From Candidatus Thermofontivivens primus (GTDB lineage: Bacteria; Sysuimicrobiota; Sysuimicrobiia; Sysuimicrobiales; Thermofontiviventaceae): a stretch of DNA of 64,000 nt. Below are positions 1 to 9,173 of the stretch, one piece after another. Under the pieces are notes generated by a model. The model had not been told where the DNA came from. It did no database searches and saw only the letters and a program-made list of their open reading frames with translations. Position numbers and translations under genes: made by a program. The stretch lies in assembly GCA_031458695.1 (NCBI GenBank), contig JAVKJW010000007.1, positions 1 to 64,000 of the forward strand, in the 5' to 3' direction. How positions within the stretch are numbered: position 1 is the first letter of the stretch; the number at the start of each line of letters is the position of its first letter.

Positions 1-501
1 GATCACCGCCTCGATCTCCTCCTCGGGAAGAAAGGCCAGAAGGACCTTCCCGGAGGCACCGCAGTACAGGGGAAGTGGCCTCCCGAGCTCCACGAAGTGG
101 CGGATATCGTCGCTGCTTTCCACTTTCTCAATGGACACTCGTCGGCGGTCCCGGGCAAAATTCAAGATCACTGTCTCGCCGGTGATCCTGGCAAGCTCGT
201 GCAGCACTGGAAGCGCTGCTGCCCGCACCTCCATCTGGTTGAGGAAGGTGCTCCCGAGGCGGAAGACCGAAAGCCCTAGGCGGTACTTTCCCGTCGCCTC
301 GTTCTTGGCGAGGAACCCTTTGGCACCGAGCGTGGAGACGAGGCGATGGACCGTCCCCTTGGGAAGCTGGAGGGTACGGCTGAGGTCTGTGATCCCAAGC
401 TCTTGGCCCTCTCGCAGAAAGGCCAGGAGGATATCTAGCGCCCGCTCTACGGTTTTGGCGGAGGAGGGGATTCGCTCTTTCGTTCCAGATTTTGGAACCA
501 T
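1..501 (-). CDS. IclR family transcriptional regulator (3' end runs off the window)
   Basis: Not in the ORF track. Manual translation from ATG 501: MVPKSGTKERIPSSAKTVERALDILLAF...LGITDLSRTLQLPKGTVHRLVSTL...YRLG...LPLYCGASGKVLLA, i.e. IclR HTH plus effector domain motifs. Confidence 0.92.
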   Translation of the reverse strand, partial: MVPKSGTKERIPSSAKTVERALDILLAFLREGQELGITDLSRTLQLPKGTVHRLVSTLGAKGFLAKNEATGKYRLGLSVFRLGSTFLNQMEVRAAALPVLHELARITGETVILNFARDRRRVSIEKVESSDDIRHFVELGRPLPLYCGASGKVLLAFLPEEEIEAVI

Positions 502-517
502 GTTCCAATATATTCTA
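482..517 (-). promoter_or_regulatory. Putative IclR operator TTGGAAC-CAT-GTTCCAA (492-508) with minus-strand -10 TAGAAT (517-512)
   Basis: Perfect 7-bp inverted repeat overlapping the IclR start codon; near copy at 2632-2658. Confidence 0.65.
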
Positions 518-1207
518 GAGGTGTCCTGTGGATTCCTCTCTCATCGTCCTAGATCTCCAGAGACCAAAGGCCAATGCGACCATGGCAAGCGAAACGGCCA
601 CAGGATCGATCACCGCAACCCTCCCTCCACGGGAGGTCGTACAGTCTACGGCCGAACACCCGTTGAGCAGCGCCTGCACTTCCCCCTCAGCTTCTAGCCG
701 ATCCAGGACTCCCTGCATCGTTGCGTTCCAGATGGCGCTATGAGAGACCGCGGAGAAGTCCAGGGAGAGCACCTCCACCCTAGCCAGAAGGTTGCCATAC
801 CCGTAGGAACGGATGCGCTCCTCCATCGCCCGAGCGATTGCCTCGTTCCTGCATACCCCGGCGAAGCGCCACCCGAGGCCTGCGAGAAAGCCGAGGGAAA
901 GCCGCAGGGGGCCGAAGACAGGAAGCTTGCTGTCTGCGCTGAGGACTTCCAGAGCAGGGTCCAGGACGCAGTCCAGGAAGATGCCGTCATAGTCCCCGGG
1001 ATCAGTTCGCATCCCCTCGGCATAGACGAAGTATTCCGAGGCCAGGATGTCCGCCCTGTTGTCTAGCCTTCGGGGGACATCTAGTCGGTCAGGGAGGTTG
1101 CACAGGTGTAATTGCATTCTCGGAGGCGCGAGGCGGTTGTACCGTTCCTGCCGCCTCTGGAGCTCTTGAGGAGTCACATGGATTGGTGTGATCACCCGGA
1201 GCTTCAC
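515..1207 (-). CDS. Asp/Glu/hydantoin racemase family protein
   Basis: VKLRVITP N-terminus, DCVLDP and NGCS cysteine motifs, C-terminal VIDP; GTG 1207 preceded by GAGGTG. Confidence 0.8.
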   Translation of the reverse strand: MKLRVITPIHVTPQELQRRQERYNRLAPPRMQLHLCNLPDRLDVPRRLDNRADILASEYFVYAEGMRTDPGDYDGIFLDCVLDPALEVLSADSKLPVFGPLRLSLGFLAGLGWRFAGVCRNEAIARAMEERIRSYGYGNLLARVEVLSLDFSAVSHSAIWNATMQGVLDRLEAEGEVQALLNGCSAVDCTTSRGGRVAVIDPVAVSLAMVALAFGLWRSRTMREESTGHL

Positions 1208-1211
1208 GGTC

Positions 1212-2606
1212 TCACCTCGCCGTCGCGGGAAACTCCTCCCCAGCCATGATGCGGGATGCGTGGTGGCCAGCGATGTATCCCAGCCCCAGTGCACACAGGA
1301 GGCCGTTTCCGGAGAGATACCCGTCGGCCCCATGACCGGAGATCCCGGCAGCGGAACCACCTGCCGCATAGAGCCCGGGGATCGGACGGCCCTGCCGCAG
1401 CACTTGTGCATGGGCATTCACGCGCAATCCCCCCTGGGTGTGGAAGAGGGCCCCGGTCACTTGCACTCCGAAGTAGGGACTCCCAAGAGGGTGTCCTTCC
1501 TTGCGGCCCAGGGGATCTATCCCTTCACCGCGCATAGCTCTGTTGTATTGAACGACTGTCTCTGTCAGACCTGTGGCATCGATGTGAAGGCTCTCTGCGA
1601 GGGCTTCCAGCGTCTCGAAGGGGCCGCGGATCGCACCTGCTTCCACGCTCTCTCGGAGTTCCGAGAAGCCCTGCGTCAGCTCCAGGATGCGCCCGTCGAG
1701 GATGACGTACGCGAGCCTCTCCTCCTGCTCAAGCACATGGCGAGCGAAGCTTGAATATCCGATGTCCTCGTTGGCGAACCGCTGGCCGGCACGGTTGACG
1801 ATGATACCGCCATGCACAATGACGGCCCAAGTGACGAGCGTCCCGTGGGGATAGGCCACCGTGGCATGGGCCTGATAAGCGTCCATGAAGGCCAGATCTG
1901 CTCCGAGCTCTAACCCCCAAAGGATCGCCTCGCCTGTGTTGCCCACTCCGCCGAAATAATAGGCATCAGCCATCTCCGGGATGTACCGGCGTACAAGCTC
2001 CCGGTTCCCCCCAAACCCATCGCACGCCAGGATAACCCGCTTGGCCGGGATCTCTTCAGGACCCTGGGTCACCGCAACCACACCACACACCTCACCGCTT
2101 GACCCAGTGAGCAGGCGCTCCACAGCGGTATTAGGGACGAAGAGGATGCGCGGATGGGCTTTGACAGCCTCCCACAACTGGATGATCAACTCCCGGCCCG
2201 TGCGGGAGGGAGGGGCATGCATCCGGAACTGCGAATGCCCGGGGTACTTGAAGTCCCGGACGAACTCCAGCTGGATGCCCCAGCGGTCAACCAACCACTC
2301 CACCAGCACCGGGGCCACCCTGCAAAGCGCCATCGTGACCTCGGGGTCGCTTTGGTGATGGTTCCGAGCGAAGATATCCTTAGCAAGGTCCTCTGGCGTC
2401 TCGTGGATGCCCGCGGCCTTTTGGAACCGGGTTCCCGCAGCCATGACCATGCCGCCGCTGCGGGCGGTGTTGCTGAAGGTCACATCTTTGGCCTTCTCCA
2501 GGACCACCACTTGGGCGCCGCCCTCTGCGGCCGCAAGGGCAGCGACCAAGCCAGCCCCGCCCCCACCGACGATCAGGACCTCCACCTCCTCGCCCCTCCT
2601 GTGCAT
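1212..2606 (-). CDS. FAD-dependent oxidoreductase (fumarate reductase/flavocytochrome c flavoprotein-like, FAD_binding_2)
   Basis: IVGGGGAGLVAA dinucleotide motif, SNTARSGG, LACDGFGGN, HTQGGLRVN, GLYAAG, SGNGL. Confidence 0.88.
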   Translation of the reverse strand: MHRRGEEVEVLIVGGGGAGLVAALAAAEGGAQVVVLEKAKDVTFSNTARSGGMVMAAGTRFQKAAGIHETPEDLAKDIFARNHHQSDPEVTMALCRVAPVLVEWLVDRWGIQLEFVRDFKYPGHSQFRMHAPPSRTGRELIIQLWEAVKAHPRILFVPNTAVERLLTGSSGEVCGVVAVTQGPEEIPAKRVILACDGFGGNRELVRRYIPEMADAYYFGGVGNTGEAILWGLELGADLAFMDAYQAHATVAYPHGTLVTWAVIVHGGIIVNRAGQRFANEDIGYSSFARHVLEQEERLAYVILDGRILELTQGFSELRESVEAGAIRGPFETLEALAESLHIDATGLTETVVQYNRAMRGEGIDPLGRKEGHPLGSPYFGVQVTGALFHTQGGLRVNAHAQVLRQGRPIPGLYAAGGSAAGISGHGADGYLSGNGLLCALGLGYIAGHHASRIMAGEEFPATAR

Positions 2607-2631
2607 CCTTCACCCTCCTGACCCAACCTCT

Positions 2632-2664
2632 GTTCCGAATATTAGAACAATGTTCCATATTCTG
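2632..2664. promoter_or_regulatory. Second copy of the putative IclR operator in the divergent intergenic region
   Basis: GTTCC-N7-AGAACAATGTTCCA-TATTCT mirrors GTTCC-N7-GGAACCATGTTCCA at 482-507. Confidence 0.6.
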
Positions 2665-2762
2665 CGTTGACGCGAGAAAATCCTTCTTGCTGTTCCTCCA
2701 ACCCACAGGGAAGGAGCTCGGACAGAAGGCGTGGAAGGAACATGCAAGGGAGGAGGAAAACC

Positions 2763-4118
2763 ATGGCAGAACCGATCCCAGCTCTTCGGGAGCTCGTCGA
2801 GTTTGCCGCGGGGTTGCGCCTGGAGTCCATCCCTCCCGCCGTACGGGAACGGGCGAAGCTCACGATCCTCGACCTGGTCGCGGCCAACCTCGCAGGAAGT
2901 CGCGACCCAGGGATGGAAGGGTTAGCCCGTCATCTCGCGCGCCATCCAGGGAAGGCATCGGCCATTGGTACTGGTGTGCGCACCACCGCGGAAGGTGCCG
3001 CCCTCTTCAACGGCGCAGCCATCGTAGCGCTGGAGCTCGATGAGGGGAACCAATTCGCCCGTGCTCACCCAGGAGCCCATGTCTGGCCAGCCGTCCTTGC
3101 CGTTGCCGAGGAAGAGGGCAAACCGGGTTCGTCTGTCCTCACCGCATTCATCGCGGGCTACGAGGTGGGCGCCCGCATCGCAGCAGCATTCACCCTCAAA
3201 CGCGCCGTGCACCCCCACGGGAGCCTGTGCAGTGTGGGCGCGGCTGCAGCCCTTTCCCACCTCTGGGGATATTCCCCCGAGCAGATGGAATCTAGTCTCC
3301 ACCAGGCCGCAAGCCTCGTCGTCCCTTCGGATTGGGGAGCTGCCATCGCCGGGGCCACGGTGCGAAACCTGTTCACGGGCGTTGCATTACGGAACGCCAT
3401 CCTGGCAACTCAGAGCATTGCCTGGGGGTTCACCTATCACTCGCTGGCCCTCCCAGCGGTGTTCGGAGAGATCCTCGGGGAACTCACCTATCCCGAGATC
3501 CTCACGCAAGAGCTCGGGGGGACATGGTTTGTGGCCCGGAACTACTTCAAGATGTACGCCTGCTGCCAGTATGTCCACAGCACACTGGACGCAGTCATGG
3601 AGATCCGGCGCAGGAGGAACCCCGCTCCAGAGGAAGTTGAGGCGGTCACGGTGGAAACCTACAACCTCGCGGCAAGGCTCACGAACCCTGCTCCCGAGAC
3701 CCCGCTTGCCGCCAAATTCTCCATCCCTCACGCGGTAGCAGCAGCCCTGGTTCTCGGGGAGACAGGTCCTGAGGCGTTCGGTCCCAGAAACCTGCACCAT
3801 CAGGTTATCCGGGACCTCGCCCTCCGTGTAGAGGTGCGCGAGGATCCTCGCCTCACCGCCATGCTTCCCAAGGCACGCCCTGCCCGCGTGACCGTTACGC
3901 TCAAAAACGGGGAGAGGCTTGTGGAGGAGTGCCTCCAGTCACGGGGCCTCGCCGACAATCCCTTCACCCCTGCAGAGCTGGAAGAGAAATTCTTCCGGCT
4001 CTCCACGCCGGTGATCGGGGAGGCTGCAGCTCGCGTAAGGGAAGCGATCTGGCAACTTGAGGAGCTTGTCGACATGCACGCCCTCACGGATCACTTGGTT
4101 CCGCACAACAATGGCTGA
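2763..4118 (+). CDS. MmgE/PrpD family protein
   Basis: ALFNG...ELDEG...HPG, AGYEVG, YFKMYACC, AKFSIP; ATG 2763 after GGAGG. Confidence 0.9.
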   Translation: MAEPIPALRELVEFAAGLRLESIPPAVRERAKLTILDLVAANLAGSRDPGMEGLARHLARHPGKASAIGTGVRTTAEGAALFNGAAIVALELDEGNQFARAHPGAHVWPAVLAVAEEEGKPGSSVLTAFIAGYEVGARIAAAFTLKRAVHPHGSLCSVGAAAALSHLWGYSPEQMESSLHQAASLVVPSDWGAAIAGATVRNLFTGVALRNAILATQSIAWGFTYHSLALPAVFGEILGELTYPEILTQELGGTWFVARNYFKMYACCQYVHSTLDAVMEIRRRRNPAPEEVEAVTVETYNLAARLTNPAPETPLAAKFSIPHAVAAALVLGETGPEAFGPRNLHHQVIRDLALRVEVREDPRLTAMLPKARPARVTVTLKNGERLVEECLQSRGLADNPFTPAELEEKFFRLSTPVIGEAAARVREAIWQLEELVDMHALTDHLVPHNNG

Positions 4119-4659
4119 GCCGAAGATGCGCATCGTCATAGGTTCCACGAGCCCTTCAAAAGTGGAGGCGGCCTGGAGAGTACTCCAGCGGGCCTTCCCA
4201 GGGGCAGAGATCGAATCTCTAGAGGTTCCCTCTGGGGTCTCCCCTCAACCTCGCAGCATGGAGGAAACTGTCCAGGGAGCCATCAACCGCGCCAAGGCGG
4301 CGTTGGAGCGGTACGGGGCTAAGCTGGGGGTTGGGATCGAAGGTGGCGTTGAGGTAACTCCCTACGGAGTGATGATGTGTGCCTGGGTCGCCATCATGAA
4401 TCGGGACGGCCGGCTGGGATTGGGGAGCGGTCCCCGGGTGATGCTCCCGGAATCCCTGGCGGTGCGAGCTCTTGCTGGAGAGGAACTGGGGCCAATCGTG
4501 GACGACCTGCTGGGGTCGAGCGAGGGCCATGAGTCCTTTGGCACCATTGGGCTCCTCACGAAGGGACTCCTGCGTCGGGAGGCGATGCTGGAGGTAGCTG
4601 TCGTTGCGGCCTTGGCACCGTTCCTCTCCCCGGAGTTATTCGATCCAAGGAAGGAATGA
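4111..4659 (+). CDS. yjjX: Inosine/xanthosine triphosphatase (non-canonical purine NTPase)
   Basis: GSTSPSK, VPSGVSPQP, GAINRA, GIEGG, ELG, GTIGLLT motifs. Confidence 0.88.
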   Translation: MAEPKMRIVIGSTSPSKVEAAWRVLQRAFPGAEIESLEVPSGVSPQPRSMEETVQGAINRAKAALERYGAKLGVGIEGGVEVTPYGVMMCAWVAIMNRDGRLGLGSGPRVMLPESLAVRALAGEELGPIVDDLLGSSEGHESFGTIGLLTKGLLRREAMLEVAVVAALAPFLSPELFDPRKE

Positions 4660-4722
4660 ACGCTTCGTGTCGTAGAGCTTACCCTAAAAACGCAATGCAC
4701 TCAGAGTCCGATAAACTTGAGC

Positions 4723-4827
4723 GGCGGCGAGGGTCTCCCCCAGAGCGGACATTGACGAGGCCAACCTCTGAACACACGGTGGAGGCCGAGGAACTGGGAG
4801 CGAAGGGAAGACCCGAGCACAGCCGCC
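4723..4827. ncRNA. Candidate structured RNA (long interrupted hairpin)
   Basis: GGCGGC/GCCGCC outer stem and a 10-bp GGGTCTTCCC/GGGGAGACCC stem (minus-strand reading, one G-U) in the yjjX-sfsA gap. Confidence 0.25.
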
Positions 4828-4856
4828 TACCCCGAATTCTCTTTTGACGAAGATAC

Positions 4857-5621
4857 TTGATGCGAGCATCTGAACAACCCGGCGCAACCCTCATCATCCC
4901 AGGACCGTTATACCCCGCCACCTTCCTGAAGCGTCCCAACAAGTTCCTCGCCATTGCCCAGATCGGGAAGCGTCGGGTTGAAGCATTCCTCCCGAACCCA
5001 GGGCGGATGCGCGAGCTGTTCGTCCCGGGGGTCGAGATCGTCCTCCGAGAGATGAGCCAGGAGGGACGGAAGACGCGGTACGACGTGGTTTTGGTCAGAT
5101 ACCACGGGTACCTCGTCTCAGCGGACTCCCGCCTCCCCTCGAAGGTGGTTCATGCAGCCCTTCGGGAAGGCGCCTTGCCAGAATTCGCGGGGGCTGTGCG
5201 GATCATCCCGGAGGCGCGCTACCAGAATGCAAGGCTCGACTTCCTCCTCGAGTTTCCCAAGGGTCATCCCCTTTGCCTCTTGGAGGTGAAGTCCTGTAAC
5301 CTCGTCGAGAACGGAAGGGCGCTCTTCCCGGACGCTCCCACAAAGCGCGGCGTTCGCCACCTCGAGGCGCTGATCCAGGCTAGGCGTTCGGGTCTGCGCG
5401 CGTGCATGGTATTCCTCATCCAGCGGCCGGATTCGGTTGTCTTCTCCCCCTACGATGAAGCCGACCCTGAGTTCGGACGCGTGCTACGGGAGGCCGTGCA
5501 GGAAGGAGTGGAAGCGTATGCCTATGACGCGGAACTCTCTCTCCTCAACCCCTCCGGCAAAGGGGATCGCTGGGGTGCATATAGCGTGACGATCCAGAGG
5601 AGGATTCCGGTAGAGCTTTAG
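4857..5621 (+). CDS. sfsA: DNA/RNA nuclease SfsA
   Basis: RPNKF, PNPGRMREL, RLDFLL, EVKSCNL, FPDAPTKRGVRHL; exact start uncertain. Confidence 0.93.
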   Translation: MMRASEQPGATLIIPGPLYPATFLKRPNKFLAIAQIGKRRVEAFLPNPGRMRELFVPGVEIVLREMSQEGRKTRYDVVLVRYHGYLVSADSRLPSKVVHAALREGALPEFAGAVRIIPEARYQNARLDFLLEFPKGHPLCLLEVKSCNLVENGRALFPDAPTKRGVRHLEALIQARRSGLRACMVFLIQRPDSVVFSPYDEADPEFGRVLREAVQEGVEAYAYDAELSLLNPSGKGDRWGAYSVTIQRRIPVEL

Positions 5622-5628
5622 GATATGC

Positions 5629-6591
5629 TTACCGGGACTCCCCGATACGCAGGGTGTAGGTAGATTTCCCCCTTCGCATTGTCACTTGGTTAGCGGTGAT
5701 TTTGAGGACCTGAAGATCCTCCCCCACGACCTCTCCAACTCCCACAACGCGTGTCCCAGAGGAGTCCCGTATGATGGCGACTGGTTCAGGACCGATCACG
5801 ATCCCGATCACCGCGATCCCAAGCTTCACTTCTTCTGGCGGAGGTGGAGGGGGTGCTGGGGTTGGTTCAGGTGACGGGGAAGCCGGTGCAACAGAGGGTG
5901 GTGGAGGTAGCGGTAGCGGGGGAAGAGGCGGAAGCTGTGCTACAGGCCCCCTGGGCTTAGGGGGCTTCACCAAAGGCTCGAAAGGCCCCCTCCCAATACC
6001 CGAGGCTGCAGGTGCGGGAGCACCCTCCCCTCTCGGAATATGGATACGGATTCCCTTCACATTCCCTTCGTCTTGAATCAGAGTGGCCGTGATGGTCAGG
6101 GAGGCCGTCAAAATAGGGGTATCCTCTCTCGGTTTGATCTGCAGGTTCTTGACTGCGAGGATCCAGGAACTGCGCTCGATCCCTTCAGCAAACGCTGTGA
6201 TCCCCCGAAAGCTCCCCTTGACAGAGAGTGCGAGATCCAGCTCGGACAATGCAGGCGCCTCAGTGGGCACTGGCTTCTGGAGCAGAGGCATCTCGAGCGT
6301 AACGATTTGCACACCCGAGGTCCTTGCCACCTTCATCAGCTCCTGGACAATCTGAGGGATCAATTGAGGCAGGGGGATGAGGGAGAGACCCTCAGGAAGC
6401 TTGATAGGACCGGGCTTGAAGGTACGGAGTTCCTCCTTGAGCTTTGCCGCAAGCTGTTCTTGAGCGCGCAAATCCCTCTCGGTTTTTTGGAGGGCATCCA
6501 GGCGAGGGGCAATCCCCAAGCGTAACCCTCCGAAGGCAACCGCGGCCAAAAGAATTGTCCAAAGGGCCAGCCTCGCCTTATCGTTCTTCAT
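5629..6591 (-). CDS. Type IV pilus PilO-like protein with a Pro-rich linker and C-terminal PilP-like beta domain
   Basis: N-terminal TM, coiled coil, LSVKGSF...F...IE PilO fold, then GRGPFEPL, poly-Pro and a VIGIV..AII..V.VGE.VG beta domain. Confidence 0.7.
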   Translation of the reverse strand: MKNDKARLALWTILLAAVAFGGLRLGIAPRLDALQKTERDLRAQEQLAAKLKEELRTFKPGPIKLPEGLSLIPLPQLIPQIVQELMKVARTSGVQIVTLEMPLLQKPVPTEAPALSELDLALSVKGSFRGITAFAEGIERSSWILAVKNLQIKPREDTPILTASLTITATLIQDEGNVKGIRIHIPRGEGAPAPAASGIGRGPFEPLVKPPKPRGPVAQLPPLPPLPLPPPPSVAPASPSPEPTPAPPPPPPEEVKLGIAVIGIVIGPEPVAIIRDSSGTRVVGVGEVVGEDLQVLKITANQVTMRRGKSTYTLRIGESR

Positions 6592-8069
6592 TCCCTTGTG
6601 CTTCCCTCTCCCCTCCGTGTCCCCCAGCTAGACCGGATGGTGGCCTCAATACGGAACCGCACGACCTGTCGCTTCACCAGCTCCTCCTCCTGAGCCCTTC
6701 GGAGGACTACCTGGTCAAATGCAGGTAACCCTGCGAGTCGCTCCAACAGGTCGGAAACATTGGCGGGAGAAAGAGCGAAACCTTCAATGGTCATTGTGGT
6801 CCTCCCGCTCACTTCCATCGAGGTAAGCCAGAGCCCTCCTGGCAATTTCTCCAGGGAGGAGAGGACCTCCGACCAAGGGGGGCGAAAGAGGTCCTGGACC
6901 CTGCTGAGCACCGCAGCCACCGATTTTGCCTGTTTGGTAGCTTCTTCCTGCCGTGCGGCAAGCTGCGCCTGCAACTCCTGAACCTCCTTACGGACCGCCT
7001 GGAGGCGGCTGTTGGCAGCGGAAAGCTCCCGGTTGATCGTGAAGATCCCGTAGCCTGTCCCAATCAGTACGAGAAGTGTAAGGAAAGCAAGGATCTGGTG
7101 AAGGTGGACCCTTCGCCTGGGTCGCAGGCGCTCCAGCCTCCTCAAAGGAAGCAAGAGCACTCCCGCAGCCCGTCCCAAGGTCGCTCCCAAAGTGACGTGG
7201 TACAAATAGGGGGACAAAGACTCCTGGCCAGGAGCTACGCCAGGCGGGAGTTCGTCAAACTGTACCCTTCCGCCGAATTCGGCTACCAGCGCAGAGGGAA
7301 TGGTTGGAGGAACAGGTCGATCCAGGACTGCAACGATCCTCTCAACCCCGGCGCCCATGCTGATCCTGGTCTCGTAATAGCGGAGGGTTGCACGAAGATC
7401 CGCGAGGAGAGCCGCGGCCCTTTCCCCTCCAGGGGCGTACTCCCCAATGCGCAGGAGACGAAGGTGTCCATCGGATGCAACCGCAATAGCCCCTTCCCCG
7501 TCTCCTATGACCACTGCACACACGTGATGGTCGGCACGCAACACCCCTTTGAGGATCAAGGAGCGGAGAACAGCGAAGGGTGCGATCTCGATCGCTTCCA
7601 GGCGCAGGCCAGCAGCAAGGATTGCCTGTCGGCAACTTTCGAGGGTGCGTCGGGAGCCAACGGCCACAAGAACCTGGACCCTCCTCGCACCCTCCTCGAC
7701 GACCTCTCCCAGGGTGAGGAGACCCAACAGGACATCTTCAGGGGGGAGGTGGATATAGCTTTCTACCTCCCCCCACGCTGCCTGCCTGAGTTCTCGCTCA
7801 GGCATGGGGGGTAGAAGAAGCGTTCTGAAAAGGAAAGAGCCCGCTGGAAGGACGGCAATTGCTCTCTTCGCCTTGATCCTGGTCTGGCGCAGGAGCTGAG
7901 CCAGCATCCTCCCAGCAGCATGTGGATCCGACCCCTCACTGAAAGAAAGCGCCGGACCGTGAGCAACTCGTACGACGCGAAATTGGTTGACTCGCCCCCC
8001 GCGGGCCTCAACCAACCGGAGGGGATCTCCGAAGAGAATAACAACCCTGCTCCTCGCTCGTCCCACCAT
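6588..8069 (-). CDS. Type IV pilus PilM-PilN fusion protein
   Basis: PilM-like actin fold (LPPMPEREL, EVESYI, AAGLRLEAIEIAPFA) followed by TM, coiled coil and PilN-like LPGGLWLTS...IEGFA domain. Confidence 0.75.
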   Translation of the reverse strand: MVGRARSRVVILFGDPLRLVEARGGRVNQFRVVRVAHGPALSFSEGSDPHAAGRMLAQLLRQTRIKAKRAIAVLPAGSFLFRTLLLPPMPERELRQAAWGEVESYIHLPPEDVLLGLLTLGEVVEEGARRVQVLVAVGSRRTLESCRQAILAAGLRLEAIEIAPFAVLRSLILKGVLRADHHVCAVVIGDGEGAIAVASDGHLRLLRIGEYAPGGERAAALLADLRATLRYYETRISMGAGVERIVAVLDRPVPPTIPSALVAEFGGRVQFDELPPGVAPGQESLSPYLYHVTLGATLGRAAGVLLLPLRRLERLRPRRRVHLHQILAFLTLLVLIGTGYGIFTINRELSAANSRLQAVRKEVQELQAQLAARQEEATKQAKSVAAVLSRVQDLFRPPWSEVLSSLEKLPGGLWLTSMEVSGRTTMTIEGFALSPANVSDLLERLAGLPAFDQVVLRRAQEEELVKRQVVRFRIEATIRSSWGTRRGEGSTRE

Positions 8070-8119
8070 CAGGGAAGAATTCCTCGCCTCCCACCACTAC
8101 CCCTGCCTTGAACAATCTC

Positions 8120-8593
8120 TCACTCCTCACGCCAGAGCAAGATCCTGACCTTTTCGGCCTCATCTGGTTTGTCTTTAGCTTTCTTCTTTTTGTATTTGAT
8201 CCAAACCTCGGCGCGCACTGTCCGGACCACCCCTGCACGGCCTGTGGAGGAAAGGACGAAGCACTTCCCCCCATCCTCCGGCTGAGGCCGCGTGCATGAT
8301 TCCCCAAGGACAGAGACTTCGAAGGTGCTCTCCGCGCCTTCAGGGAAGGGTACAGGCCCTCCCGTGCCAGTCCACTCCATGTCCTTCTTGAGCTGGAAGA
8401 TTCCCCACTCCACTCCCGCGTCAGCGAGATAGAAGGCCTCTGTGGCTTCTTGGGCGTAGCTCACGAAGCGGGTTTCGACCTCCACGAGATCGGCGGCTCC
8501 CGCCACAATGAGGGTAACAACTGCTATGAGGGCAAGAACGAGGATCAAGGCGATGCCTTCTTCTTTCTGGTGAATACCAGCCACTGTGTGCAT
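8120..8593 (-). CDS. PilX-like minor pilin
   Basis: EEG/IALILVL prepilin site lacking Glu5; AFYLADAGVE. Confidence 0.75.
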   Translation of the reverse strand: MHTVAGIHQKEEGIALILVLALIAVVTLIVAGAADLVEVETRFVSYAQEATEAFYLADAGVEWGIFQLKKDMEWTGTGGPVPFPEGAESTFEVSVLGESCTRPQPEDGGKCFVLSSTGRAGVVRTVRAEVWIKYKKKKAKDKPDEAEKVRILLWREE

Positions 8594-8603
8594 TGTCTCA
8601 TCC

Positions 8604-9173
8604 TTACCTCCCAGAACCGTAGATGCGCACGGCTGCCTGGGAGGCGAACGTTACCGCCGGGACCATCCCCTCTGGATCCTGCACTGTGATCTGGATGCGC
8701 ACCGAGCGAATCTTGTCAAGTTGGCCAGGGCTCGGATCCCTGATCGGAGAGTTCTCTTCGTCAAGGGCCGTCAGGCGGAAGCTTATAACTTGGGCAGAGA
8801 GGATGTCCACCTCGCTTCCCGGGGCAAACGTGCAGAGACGCTGGGTGGGAAGGCCGGACTGTAGGAGAAGGTTTTGGCCGTCGTATCGGACCTCCCTCAG
8901 CTCTTCGATCCCATCCTCCCGGATCACCACATAGCACAGGCGGCCCATATCCGTGTCCGTGTCGATTCTCTCCAAGCGCTGGATTCGCCGGACATCCCTG
9001 AGGACGATCTCCAAGACAATCCTGGCGTTGTGCAAGATCTCGACCTGGCGGTCGGTTAGCTCCCATTCTCTCTGGGATGCCCACAGGAACGTCCCCACCA
9101 TCGCCACGATGAGGAGAAGGATCGTCAGGGAGATGAGGAGTTCGATTGTGGTGTATCCTGACTTTTGTCTCAC
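8604..9173 (-). CDS. Minor pilin (PilW-like)
   Basis: SG/YTTIELLI class III signal peptide. Confidence 0.8.
   Translation of the reverse strand: MRQKSGYTTIELLISLTILLLIVAMVGTFLWASQREWELTDRQVEILHNARIVLEIVLRDVRRIQRLERIDTDTDMGRLCYVVIREDGIEELREVRYDGQNLLLQSGLPTQRLCTFAPGSEVDILSAQVISFRLTALDEENSPIRDPSPGQLDKIRSVRIQITVQDPEGMVPAVTFASQAAVRIYGSGR

Noticed and set aside
5836..5930. GGT/GGC-rich low-complexity tract
   Set aside because: Encodes the poly-Pro linker of the PilO-like protein; not a DNA repeat element
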